Part shown: piece after piece, positions 38,160 through 47,684 of the stretch
Position numbering within the stretch: position 1 is the first letter of the stretch
How the letters are laid out: each line of letters starts with the position of its first letter
Assembly (NCBI GenBank): GCA_027036135.1
Contig: JALVSY010000007.1
Coordinates: forward strand, 740,880 to 804,879
Source of the DNA: Pyrodictiaceae archaeon
GTDB taxonomy: Archaea; Thermoproteota; Thermoprotei_A; Sulfolobales; Pyrodictiaceae
DNA: 64,000 nt
Reading direction: 5' to 3'
Notes under the pieces: model-generated
What the model saw: the letters and a program-made list of their open reading frames with translations, nothing else
What the model was told of the DNA's origin: nothing
Database searches by the model: none
Made by a program: the position numbers and the translations under genes

Positions 38160-38327
38160 CATCAACCTGGTTTAAAGACGACTTTTGACCCCTCTTCTTC
38201 GTTCCTAATTCTTTTTATGCTTTTTATTATCCTAGATAACACTAGAGGAAAGAAATATAATAAGTTCTGAATCGCTGTAGAGACCTATACCCCCGTGACT
38301 ATAATATACTATTTTAGGGATGGATTC

Positions 38328-39032
38328 ATGAACAATATCGTCCCAGTGGGTGCTGTCGCCGAGCTACTCATTAAAAACAAGGATGAATGTATTAGCCTAG
38401 AAACCATTGCAGAAAGACTCTTCATACGCTTACCATTAGTAAAGAGAGCCATAGATGCCCTCATAAAGGCCTCTAATAAGGATTCAATCGAGCTACATAG
38501 CAATTGTATAATAGTTAAAGACCGCTTGGAACTCGCGCTGGCTGCTGTCCGCCTAGGTGTACCGGAGAATGTTGTCGCCCGTGGCCTTGATTGGAGAATG
38601 TTCGAGGCGTACGCTGCTAGGGCTCTTGCTGAGGCTGGGTACCGGGTTTATCGTGGCCTCCGGGTAGGCGGTAGGGGTGGATTGGAGCTAGATGTGCTGG
38701 GGCTTGGAACCCGCGTAGGGGTAGCGATTGATTGTAAGCACTGGGAGCCCCGTTACACGGTACCCAGTAGGCTCCGGGAAGCAGCAAAGAGGCACGTTGA
38801 GCGGGTTACGAAGCTGGCTTTGTTCTGGGATCGGCTTCGTCTCCCACCGGGCTGCTGGAAAATCATACCAGCGCTCCTCGTTCTACGTGAGCATGTTCCC
38901 CGGCTCCTAGAGGGAGTGGCTATCGTCCCCGTCTCTAGGCTGAGGGGATTTATAGAAGAGATCTCTGTGCTCGCTGAGGCGGAGGAGGTGGCATCGAGAC
39001 TAGCTTGTTCTAGGCAGAAAAAAATGTTCTAG
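38328..39032 (+). CDS. wHTH plus PD-(D/E)XK (Mrr/NERD-like) endonuclease-domain protein
   Basis: LDWRMFE...ELDVLG...AIDCKHW. Confidence 0.72.
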   Translation: MNNIVPVGAVAELLIKNKDECISLETIAERLFIRLPLVKRAIDALIKASNKDSIELHSNCIIVKDRLELALAAVRLGVPENVVARGLDWRMFEAYAARALAEAGYRVYRGLRVGGRGGLELDVLGLGTRVGVAIDCKHWEPRYTVPSRLREAAKRHVERVTKLALFWDRLRLPPGCWKIIPALLVLREHVPRLLEGVAIVPVSRLRGFIEEISVLAEAEEVASRLACSRQKKMF

Positions 39033-40264
39033 AAACTGTTTATTGCGCGGAACTCGAAGCCTTCGCGCCGGAGGTCCTCTAGTATCTTCTTGGTCTCTTC
39101 CCTTGATGGGACCTCTACTATTACTCGTAGAGCCGTGTGCCACGGTGGTGCATGCACATCGCTACGGTCGTGGAGTACCTCTAGTATATTTGCTCGGTGG
39201 CTCCCTATTATCGCTGCGACTCTTGCGAGCATGCCTGGCTTGTCCGGCACGTAGCCGAAGAGCGTGGCTATTCTACCGCTGAAGGAGAGGCCGCGGATGA
39301 GTACGCGGTTGAGCATTGTTAGGTCTATGTTACCGCCGCTTATCAGCGCCACAACTTTCTTACCCTGTACTCCTCTTACTTTGCCGCTTAGGATGGCTGC
39401 TAGCGAGGCTGCTCCCGCACCCTCCGCTAGGACCTTACCTCTCTCTAGGAGGAGGTATATTGCCTGGGCTAGCTCGTCCTCGGTAACCGTTACTATCTCG
39501 TCTACAAGCTCCCTTACTATCCGGAATGTTAGCTCCCCGGGCCTCTTGACAGCAAGGCCATCCGCTATCGTTGACTGAGCCTTCACTTTGACGGGGTGAC
39601 CAGCTTTTAGCGATAATGTGAACTTCGGTACATTAGCTGGCTCAACACCAACTATCTTTACGCCTGGCCGGTTCTTCTTGATCGCTATTGAGGCCCCGGA
39701 TGCTAAGCCACCACCACCCAGCGGCACGACTACTATGTCGAAGTCCTCTATGTCCTCAAGTATCTCGTGCCCGAGCGTCGCCTGCCCCGCAATAATATCG
39801 GGGTCGTCAAATGCCGGTATGAAGGCGTAGCCGCGCTCCCTGGCTATCTCGCGGGCCTTGGCCTCAGCCTCGTCATATATAGTCCCGTAGAGCACTACTT
39901 CCGCTCCATAGCTCTTCGTTGCCTCTACCTTGGATATGCTAGCCGAGACCGGCATCACTATTACCGCAGGGAGCCCAAAGCTCTTAGCCGCAAAAGCTAC
40001 TCCCTGTGCGTGATTCCCCGCAGAAGCTGCTACAACGCCCCGGGCACGGTCCTTTACCTTGTATACCTTGTAGAGTGCTCCTCTTATCTTAAAGCTACCA
40101 GTCTTTTGCAAGTTCTCGTACTTGAGATAGACCGTTGCCCCGCTCATCCTGCTAAAAGTAGCACTGATATCAACTGGTGTACGGTGAGCATATCTCTGCA
40201 CGATTTTTCGCGCTTCTAGGCTCCTCTCATATATATCGTCTATTAGTTCACGTGTACTCGTCAA
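39029..40264 (-). CDS. ilvA: Threonine ammonia-lyase with C-terminal ACT domain
   Basis: KYENLQKTGSFKIRGA, ASAGNHAQG, GGGGL, EGAGAA, SGGNID, PDKPG ACT. Confidence 0.95.
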   Translation of the reverse strand: MTSTRELIDDIYERSLEARKIVQRYAHRTPVDISATFSRMSGATVYLKYENLQKTGSFKIRGALYKVYKVKDRARGVVAASAGNHAQGVAFAAKSFGLPAVIVMPVSASISKVEATKSYGAEVVLYGTIYDEAEAKAREIARERGYAFIPAFDDPDIIAGQATLGHEILEDIEDFDIVVVPLGGGGLASGASIAIKKNRPGVKIVGVEPANVPKFTLSLKAGHPVKVKAQSTIADGLAVKRPGELTFRIVRELVDEIVTVTEDELAQAIYLLLERGKVLAEGAGAASLAAILSGKVRGVQGKKVVALISGGNIDLTMLNRVLIRGLSFSGRIATLFGYVPDKPGMLARVAAIIGSHRANILEVLHDRSDVHAPPWHTALRVIVEVPSREETKKILEDLRREGFEFRAINSF

Positions 40265-40653
40265 GCCTTGTCTCCCAGATAAGCTATGGCCTCAACCTCT
40301 AAGTCAACACCCTTTGGGAGATTAGACACCTCTACCACGACGCGAGCCGGCGGCTCATCACTAAAATACTCCGAGTAGACCTTGTTAAAGCGCTCAAACA
40401 ACGCTATATCGCGAAGATAGACCGTGACCTTCACTACGTCGCGTAGGCTACCGCCAGCAGCCTCAACAATAGCCCTAATGTTCTCTAAGACACGTCTAGC
40501 CTTCTCCTCAAAACTGCCCTCAATAAGCCTGCCCGTAGCCGGGTCCAAGGGTATCTGGCCGGCCACGAAGAGCCAGCCACCAGCAATAACTCCCTGGCTA
40601 TAGGGCCCGACGGGGCGAGGAGCCTTATCCGTATAGATTATTCGCTTAGCCAT
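40261..40653 (-). CDS. ridA: RidA (YjgF/YER057c/UK114) enamine/imine deaminase
   Basis: APRPVGPYSQ, AGQIPLDP, VVKVTVYL, PPAR, LPKGVDLEVEAIA; ATG 40653; coupled to ilvA. Confidence 0.93.
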   Translation of the reverse strand: MAKRIIYTDKAPRPVGPYSQGVIAGGWLFVAGQIPLDPATGRLIEGSFEEKARRVLENIRAIVEAAGGSLRDVVKVTVYLRDIALFERFNKVYSEYFSDEPPARVVVEVSNLPKGVDLEVEAIAYLGDKA

Positions 40654-40943
40654 ACCTCTCTTGCCCGCAGATATTGGTGGAGAAGCTCCCCTTAAATTAG
40701 GCAAAGCCGCTAAAGACTCTTGTAACACTTCTCCGAGCCTCATACCGATACGTAATTATCAGCAATCCGGGTCCAATGTCCTGGACATGTATCATTTAGT
40801 CCCACTAGTGACTCCCAGCTTTATCTAGGGCTCCCTAAAGCATTGGATAATACATTGGTTTCTATGCTGGCTGTAGGAGTACATCATATTGAAAAACTAT
40901 ATAAACTAATAGTTCCCACTAAGGTACTCCCTGGGTGAAACAC

Positions 40944-41030
40944 ATGTTCCCGGAGCTGTCAAGCATCATGGCGGCAAAGATAGTAGAAGCACAGGAAAGA
41001 AACAAGAAAAGCAGAAAAACAACCAAGTAA
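40944..41030 (+). CDS. Putative 28-aa small basic protein
   Basis: MFPELSSIMAAKIVEAQERNKKSRKTTK; BRE/TATA GAAAAACTATATAAA at 40891-40905, SD GGTGA, T-tract downstream. Confidence 0.4.
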   Translation: MFPELSSIMAAKIVEAQERNKKSRKTTK

Positions 41031-41112
41031 TCGTCATAGTAAAGAACAAGAAACCCCGATTATTTTTCCCGAAAACCCCTAGCTACATAGTCTTCTATTC
41101 AGTTCCTATAAT

Positions 41113-41862
41113 TTAGTAATAAAGCGCGACAAGGGCTAGGATAGAGAATAGAAGAAGACGAGCAAACGTCTTCTGACCGAGTTTTCGTATCATCTGAGGT
41201 GTTATTTTCCTCGGCCGGAGACCATATAGAATATACCTAATAGTTGGCTCCACTAGAGCTACAAAGATATATGGAATAATGAATACTAGTACCCAGGCAG
41301 GGAGAAACAGAGCAAAAGCTAGCCATGGACTCGTATTTCTCCACGGAAGATGAGCCTCCACATAAGCTGCTGTAGCAACAGCATATATCGTTAGGAGGAG
41401 CCAATATATCATGACTCTGTGGTTCACTAAACCTATAAGGGAAGGAATCGTAGCCGCAGGAAGCACTGGGATAGAGGAACCAACAATGTACTCCATCTCG
41501 GTGCCTGGTCCACTAAGCCTCTCAACAACTAAATGAGCTATGAGAAGGAGTGCTGCTACTCCCAGAAGACCCAGGGCTAGTAACGAGGGCCTTATGTAGA
41601 CAGTCACAATGATGTATGGAACTACGTTAATGGCCACGGATACAAAGAATAATCGGACATTCCCCGCCCTTAGGGCATAGAAAGCCGAGTCAAATGTGAA
41701 AAAGTGAATAGCTAGCACAAGGAGGCCAAGGAGAGCCCAGCTAAGCGGTGGCCGAGCCAGGATAAGTCCACCAATACCACTAATAAGCAACATTGATGCA
41801 GCACTGACTTCACGAGGCACACTTAGTAACCGAGGCTTCTCAGCCCTACCTCGTGCACACAT
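41113..41862 (-). CDS. Polytopic membrane protein, possibly YwiC-like
   Basis: About 8 TM; N-terminal PREVSAASML resembles the YwiC PxxHGAW start; weak similarity by eye. Confidence 0.55.
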   Translation of the reverse strand: MCARGRAEKPRLLSVPREVSAASMLLISGIGGLILARPPLSWALLGLLVLAIHFFTFDSAFYALRAGNVRLFFVSVAINVVPYIIVTVYIRPSLLALGLLGVAALLLIAHLVVERLSGPGTEMEYIVGSSIPVLPAATIPSLIGLVNHRVMIYWLLLTIYAVATAAYVEAHLPWRNTSPWLAFALFLPAWVLVFIIPYIFVALVEPTIRYILYGLRPRKITPQMIRKLGQKTFARLLLFSILALVALYY

Positions 41863-42197
41863 ACCCTATACCACCCCAAGAATAAGGCATAGTTAGTAAC
41901 AGTCCTATTTATCATGTAACACCCGTTAAATATACCATTCAAAGCCTAGCATGTGAGGTGACTGCAACAAAAATACAGAACAGCATTACGCACGATACAT
42001 TACAATGAATCAAGGAGGAAAATAACACACTAGTTCAGAAATGTTAGGATTAGTTCTTAACCACTTTTATAGAGTTTTAATAAGCTAAATACAACGACAA
42101 TAGCCGGAACTTAGAGAATTATTGCCCGATTCTTTCTGCCCTAGAGAGGCGTAACCGTTTTCGCCTTGCCTTAGTGCTTGAATACCCGGGGCCGTGT

Positions 42198-42734
42198 TTG
42201 GCTGAGGAGGCTGTATTGTCTACTGTTCTTAGCCAGGTATCGAAGAAGATACTGGAGAAGCTCGAGAAGGGGAAGAAGCTCTCCACAGAGGACCTAATAA
42301 TACTATATCTCGATATCACTCACAAAGAGATAAGGGAGACAAGGAGAGAACTCAAAGAAGAAATAAGAGAAGTCAACAGGAGAATAAATGAGACAAACAA
42401 GAGAATAGACAGGGTACAGGAAAATTTGCTAACAAAAATAGATGAGACTAATAAGAGGATTGATAAGGTACAAGAATCTCTATCAGCTAAGATAGAATCT
42501 GTGCAGAAGGCCTTACTAGCAAAAATAGATGAAACGAACAAACAAATAGATAGTATACAAGAGACACTACTAGCGAAAATAGACGATACTAATAAACGAA
42601 TAGATGAAACAAATAAGAGGATATATAACACACAGCAAACACTATTAGCGAAGATTGAGGAGACAAATAAACGCATAGACGAGCTATACAGGCTATACGC
42701 GGAGCTAAGAAGCCTAATTACTGCTCAGAGATGA
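42198..42734 (+). CDS. Coiled-coil repeat protein (paREP15-like)
   Basis: KKLSTEDLIILYLD then repeated L.AKIDETNKRID..QE units. Confidence 0.75.
   Translation: MAEEAVLSTVLSQVSKKILEKLEKGKKLSTEDLIILYLDITHKEIRETRRELKEEIREVNRRINETNKRIDRVQENLLTKIDETNKRIDKVQESLSAKIESVQKALLAKIDETNKQIDSIQETLLAKIDDTNKRIDETNKRIYNTQQTLLAKIEETNKRIDELYRLYAELRSLITAQR
42380..42685 (+). repeat. Degenerate tandem coding repeats (IDETNKRID units)
   Basis: Recurrent ATAGATGA.AC.AA.AA..G.ATAGA at 42385, 42438, 42525, 42579, 42600, 42654. Confidence 0.6.
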
Positions 42735-42783
42735 CATATTACTTTGAACGATGCCGGCTGGGGATTATTCCTCTGAAGTGGTA

Positions 42784-43824
42784 TTATTGTTTTCTTTTTA
42801 ACTCTATGGCTTTCCGCAGGGCCTCCATATCGAGTATAGCCTCCAGTATATCTATGCTATGAGCTATTGTTCTCGAGAGTATTTCGAGTAGTAGCCCTGT
42901 GCTTGAGGGTACTGCGTAGCCATAGCTGGAGCGTACCTCCTTTATTCGTTTCTTTGCTTCATCGCTTTGCCTCGAGGCTTCCTCTATGTCTTCTTCGCTT
43001 GGCTCTAGTGCTGCTTTGAGTACTCGTTTTAGGACGCCTATTACGGTGTTGTATAGCTCTATTATTTGTCTTGGTATTTTCTCTTCAGAGCCTACGATTA
43101 TCCTAGCTATCGCTGTTGCGTAGTCTGCTATGCGCTCAACGTTCTTTGCTAGTGAGGCTATGAAGAGTGTTTCGGGCATTGTTATGTCTTGGCGCGCTGC
43201 CTCAGATGGATCCATCCCGGTCTCTACTAGTTGGCGGAGTATAAGGAGGTAGAGCTTGTCTGCTAGGTTGTCCCTTTCGCGTATACTCTGGAATAACTCA
43301 TTGCATTCACTCCTCGAGGCCATGCACTGAAATGTATCTTCGTGCATTGTTATGGTTACTCTTACTAATCTCCTCAACGTGCTCCATATCTCAGTAAAGC
43401 TCGTATCAACAATATTTTGTAGAAGGAGAGAGCTAGCATCCTCGTCCAATACCTCCAGTCCAAGAACACGCTTATGGACAACATCTACTAGTTTCTCTAC
43501 TAGCTTCTGAGCAGCCACACTCTTCTTAACAATCCTTATAGATTTGAACCCAGCGACATAGCCCGCCATAACTCTTCTCACAAGCATATTAAAATCACTA
43601 TGTTCATCAACCTCGACAACGTATTCCAAGGCTCTTCTATCATCGTTACCGCCTCGCGGCCGCAGCAACAAGCTCCCATCCGGCAATACTTCTAGCTCGA
43701 GCTCCGAGCCAGAACCAATACCCACTTGGCGGGCCCAGTCCTTGGGCAACGATACAACATAGGTACTCCCACCAACCAGCTGGACACGCCTAGTATACCG
43801 CGTAGCCACTTCATCTTCCCCCAC
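42784..43824 (-). CDS. AbrB-PhoU phosphate uptake regulator
   Basis: RRVQLVGGSTYVVSLPKDW, two PhoU repeats (DNLADKLY, VERIADYA); divergent from pstS. Confidence 0.9.
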   Translation of the reverse strand: MGEDEVATRYTRRVQLVGGSTYVVSLPKDWARQVGIGSGSELELEVLPDGSLLLRPRGGNDDRRALEYVVEVDEHSDFNMLVRRVMAGYVAGFKSIRIVKKSVAAQKLVEKLVDVVHKRVLGLEVLDEDASSLLLQNIVDTSFTEIWSTLRRLVRVTITMHEDTFQCMASRSECNELFQSIRERDNLADKLYLLILRQLVETGMDPSEAARQDITMPETLFIASLAKNVERIADYATAIARIIVGSEEKIPRQIIELYNTVIGVLKRVLKAALEPSEEDIEEASRQSDEAKKRIKEVRSSYGYAVPSSTGLLLEILSRTIAHSIDILEAILDMEALRKAIELKRKQ

Positions 43825-43837
43825 TACTAAGCCACAC

Positions 43838-43920
43838 CTATAACTATAGAGGACTATATACTCTACTAAGCTCTCTACACACCTACATATACTCTATACA
43901 CATGCTATCTATACCCCTAG
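43838..43920. promoter_or_regulatory. Periodic CTAY repeats in phoU/pstS intergenic region (Pho-box-like)
   Basis: CTACAT 43883, CTATAC 43894, CTATCT 43905 at 11-bp spacing; further CTAT at 43844 and 43854. Confidence 0.4.
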
Positions 43921-43941
43921 AGGGAGAACATAAAGCAATAC

Positions 43942-45138
43942 ATGGATAAGCGAACCAATGACAGAGAGAGGAGACAACAAGCCTTGTCAAAGCTTAGAGC
44001 AATAGGAATTGTCGGAGAGACAGCACTCACACTATTAATACTCATATTAATAGGGCTCATCGCTCTAGACATAGTAATACAGGTAACTTGCTGCCTTTAT
44101 CACAGAGGGGGCCCACAAACCCCTATTGCACAGAGCCAGGCATCGGTAACACTCACTGGATCCGGATCCACATTCATTTATCCCCAGATGAGGGAATGGA
44201 TAAGTCAATTCCAGGCACAGAACCCCACTATATCGATAATATACAATCCGACCGGGAGCGGGGCTGGGCAATCACAGCTACTAAAGGAACACGTAGTTGA
44301 TTTTGCTTGCTCCGATCCCCCCTTGAGCCACAAGCAGTACGAGGAGTATAAGGGAAAAGTCCTACAAATGCCAGTCATAGTCGGAGCAGTCGCAGTTATC
44401 TACAAAATACCTGGGTACAAGGGGCCCTTGAACCTCACCGCTGATGTAATAGCGAAGATATACTTGGGGAAGATAAAGTACTGGGACAATCCTGAGATAG
44501 CTAGGCTCAATCCACGGGCAAAGCTACCTCATATGGCTATCAAGGTTATTCATCGCTCCGATGCAAGCGGCACAACTGAGGTTTTCACGTTCTTCTTGCA
44601 CAAGGCAGCGCCAAGTGTGTGGCCTGCTAGCCTTGTCGGAAAGGCCATCGAGTGGCCCGTTGACTCCACGGGTAGAGGACTGGGAGCTAAGGGTAATCAA
44701 GGCGTGGCGGAATACTTCAAGAAGCTTGACTCAGCCATAGCGTATGTGGAGCTCGGCTATGCGTTAGCTAACCATTTCCCCATAGCAGCGATAAGGAATG
44801 CCGCCGGAGTCTTCGTTAAGCCCAGTCCAGAGACTATGCAGGCTGCTATATCGAATGCTCTCCGTAGTGGGCTATTGCCTAGCTCACCTCTAGCTGATTG
44901 GAGCGGCGCGCTCAACGCGATAATATATGCTCCTGGCAAGGACTCGTACCCAATAGTTAGCTTTAGCTTTATGATGACCTGGACTAGGTATCCCAAGGCC
45001 AAAGCAGAGGCCCTAAAGAAGTTCATAAAGTTCATCAACACAGTGGGGCAAGGAGACATCGTCGAAGGCTATGCACCGATACCACCCGAGCTGAGAACCA
45101 TCAATCTAAAGGCCCTCAGCATAATCCAGGGGAGCTAG
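43942..45138 (+). CDS. pstS: Phosphate ABC transporter substrate-binding protein
   Basis: GSGSTF, GSGAG, DFACSD, HRSDASGTT, KGNQGV, YPIVSF. Confidence 0.95.
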   Translation: MDKRTNDRERRQQALSKLRAIGIVGETALTLLILILIGLIALDIVIQVTCCLYHRGGPQTPIAQSQASVTLTGSGSTFIYPQMREWISQFQAQNPTISIIYNPTGSGAGQSQLLKEHVVDFACSDPPLSHKQYEEYKGKVLQMPVIVGAVAVIYKIPGYKGPLNLTADVIAKIYLGKIKYWDNPEIARLNPRAKLPHMAIKVIHRSDASGTTEVFTFFLHKAAPSVWPASLVGKAIEWPVDSTGRGLGAKGNQGVAEYFKKLDSAIAYVELGYALANHFPIAAIRNAAGVFVKPSPETMQAAISNALRSGLLPSSPLADWSGALNAIIYAPGKDSYPIVSFSFMMTWTRYPKAKAEALKKFIKFINTVGQGDIVEGYAPIPPELRTINLKALSIIQGS

Positions 45139-45140
45139 GA

Positions 45141-46082
45141 ATGAGCGCCTCTAAAACCATGTATAGGAGCGATAAGCTCCTATACTACTCCCTATTGCCC
45201 TTCGCAGCAATAGTTATCGCTGCGTTCATAATGCTCTTTGCGATCCTAGGCTATGTATCGGCACCAGCTCTCCGCAAATATGGTATAAGCTTGTTCACTA
45301 CAACGAAGTGGGCTCCCAATGAAGCTAACCCCAGCAAATCAGTCTACGGTCTCCTAGCCCCCTTATTCGGAACCCTAGTCTCCTCAGCAATAGCAGTCCT
45401 ACTAGCACTCCCGGTCACGGTCTCAATTGTCCTCGTGATAGAGGAGTACTCGCCAGAGAGACTAAGAGAACTCATCGGCTCGATAATAGAGGTCATGGCT
45501 GGGCTCCCCACAATAGTATATGGGTTATGGGGCTTAGAGGTGCTCGCACCCTTCCTAAGAGAGCATGTATATTCTCCTCTTCACCAACTCTTGGGCTTTA
45601 TCCCATTATTCTCTTGTAAGCCGATAACCGGGTTCAACCTAGCTACTGCTGGTGTCTTGCTCTCAATAATGATTCTCCCCTACATGGTTGCTGTTGCAAG
45701 GGACGCTTACCGCTCAATACCTTTCACCTACAAGGAGGCTGCACTAACTATTGGGGCTACCCGCTACGAGTACGCTAAGATAATGATGGGGCTAGCTAAG
45801 CCAGGGATTATAGCTGCTGCCCTCCTGGGCTTTGGGCGGGCAGCAGGCGAAACGGTTGCCGTTGCACTAGTTGTCGGGAATGTACCCCTTGTCTCCGGCT
45901 GCTTGTTCAAACCCGCCTATACCATCTCTTCCCTAATAGCTAACCAGTTCTCCATGGCCCCGCTCTACCCGTACATGATGAGCGTCTTGTTCACAGGGGG
46001 CCTGGTTCTCCTCCTCATAGGAATGGCTGCAAACACGGTTGCAGTGATAATGATTGCGAGGGCAAGGAAGAGGCTTGGCTGA
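45141..46082 (+). CDS. pstC: Phosphate ABC transporter permease
   Basis: AGLPTIVYGLWG, EAALTIGATR, GRAAGETVAV. Confidence 0.93.
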   Translation: MSASKTMYRSDKLLYYSLLPFAAIVIAAFIMLFAILGYVSAPALRKYGISLFTTTKWAPNEANPSKSVYGLLAPLFGTLVSSAIAVLLALPVTVSIVLVIEEYSPERLRELIGSIIEVMAGLPTIVYGLWGLEVLAPFLREHVYSPLHQLLGFIPLFSCKPITGFNLATAGVLLSIMILPYMVAVARDAYRSIPFTYKEAALTIGATRYEYAKIMMGLAKPGIIAAALLGFGRAAGETVAVALVVGNVPLVSGCLFKPAYTISSLIANQFSMAPLYPYMMSVLFTGGLVLLLIGMAANTVAVIMIARARKRLG

Positions 46083-46917
46083 CCCGAGGATAATCAAGGA
46101 GAAAATATTCTTAGTAACAATATTCGCGCTAACCATACTAGGCATACTTCCCGTCTTCCACGTACTAGCAGAGGTTATCATAAAAGGATCCGAGGCAATA
46201 GCTAAACATGGTCTCGGAATACTCACTAGCACTTCTAACGGCATACTTGCCTCCTTGGTTGGCTCCGCTATATTATCGATCCTGGCCTCTCTCCTCGGCA
46301 TACCATTAGCAATAGCTGCTGGGCTCTTCGTAGCAGAGTTCAGCGATACCAAGCTAGCCAAGATAACGCGAGTAGTCTCGCGTAGTCTATTAGAGGTACC
46401 AACCGTCCTGCTAGGCATGCTCGTCTACATAATAATGGTTGTTCCTATGGGCAGCTTCAGCCTACTAGCAGGCGCAATAGCGCTAGCACTAGTAATGCTT
46501 CCCTACGTCATGGTCCACGTAGAGCAGGCAATAGAGTCTGTGCCCCCGATTTACCGGGAAGCTGGCTACTCTATCGGAATGACTAGGGCAGAGGTCCTAC
46601 TAGGAGTAGTAGCGGGGATAGCGAGACGTGGAATAGCGACAGGAGTACTAATGGGGTTCGCGAAGGCAATGGGAGAGACCGCCCCCCTCCTCTTCACCAT
46701 AGGTGCCGCCAGAACCACGCTTCCTTGCTCTCACAGTATTCCTCTCGCTAACGTGCTTGATCCGGGAGACGCTGTGCCCCTAATGATATTCCAGTACGCC
46801 CAGATGCCGCAGAAGATGTATCACGACATGGCCTGGGCCGGGTCACTCATACTCGTAGCCGCGTTTCTTGCCGTATTCATTGCTGTTAGGCTTCTCGTCA
46901 AAGAGGTGAAAACCTAG
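46054..46917 (+). CDS. pstA: Phosphate ABC transporter permease
   Basis: VPTVLLG, REAGYSIG, AMGETAPLLFT; likely start TTG 46075. Confidence 0.92.
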   Translation: MRGQGRGLADPRIIKEKIFLVTIFALTILGILPVFHVLAEVIIKGSEAIAKHGLGILTSTSNGILASLVGSAILSILASLLGIPLAIAAGLFVAEFSDTKLAKITRVVSRSLLEVPTVLLGMLVYIIMVVPMGSFSLLAGAIALALVMLPYVMVHVEQAIESVPPIYREAGYSIGMTRAEVLLGVVAGIARRGIATGVLMGFAKAMGETAPLLFTIGAARTTLPCSHSIPLANVLDPGDAVPLMIFQYAQMPQKMYHDMAWAGSLILVAAFLAVFIAVRLLVKEVKT

Positions 46918-46919
46918 CC

Positions 46920-47684
46920 TTGGAGCGCGACGCTGTTAGAACCGAGAACCTCAACGTATGGATTCACGGCAAACATGTACTCAAGAACATAAATTTCCGC
47001 GCAGCAGTCTCAGCGATAACTGTTATAATGGGGCCTAGTGGTAGCGGGAAAAGCACGCTCTTGAGAAGCATTAACCGGCTCATAGAAATTGTGCCTGGGA
47101 CGAAGGTGGAGGGCAAGGTATACATATTTGGCAGAGATATTTACAGTGATGACCCGTACCGCGTACGGAGATACGTTACAATGGTTTCCCAGACCCCGAA
47201 TCCCTTCCCTCACATGAGTATATACGAGAACGTAGCTATAGGGCCAAAGCTTCACCGCCTAGTTAGGAGCAAGGAGGAGCTAGATAAGATTGTTCGCTGG
47301 GCTTTGGAGAAGGCGATGCTCTGGGACGAGGTCAAGGACAGATTGAATGACCCCCCTACGAGACTTAGTGGCGGCCAGCAGCAGAGGCTCTGCTTAGCAC
47401 GCGCTCTCGCACTTAAGCCCCGCATACTACTGCTAGACGAGCCCACAGCCAACATCGACCCCGTCAATGCAAGGAAGATAGAGGAAGCGATAAAGATGCT
47501 AGTAAAGGAGGAGGGGATAACCGTTATATTTGTGACGCATACGCCTGCGCAGGCAGTAAGGGTAGCTGACTTCATAGCATTCATCTATAATGGTGAGCTA
47601 GTAGAGTATGGCCCGGCGAGGGAAATCGCGCTTAACCCGAGACACCGCTTAACCGAGATGTACTTACGGGGCGAGATAGGTTGA
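46920..47684 (+). CDS. pstB: Phosphate ABC transporter ATP-binding protein
   Basis: GPSGSGKST, PNPFP, LWDEVKDRL, LSGGQQQRLCLAR, LLDEPT. Confidence 0.96.
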   Translation: MERDAVRTENLNVWIHGKHVLKNINFRAAVSAITVIMGPSGSGKSTLLRSINRLIEIVPGTKVEGKVYIFGRDIYSDDPYRVRRYVTMVSQTPNPFPHMSIYENVAIGPKLHRLVRSKEELDKIVRWALEKAMLWDEVKDRLNDPPTRLSGGQQQRLCLARALALKPRILLLDEPTANIDPVNARKIEEAIKMLVKEEGITVIFVTHTPAQAVRVADFIAFIYNGELVEYGPAREIALNPRHRLTEMYLRGEIG

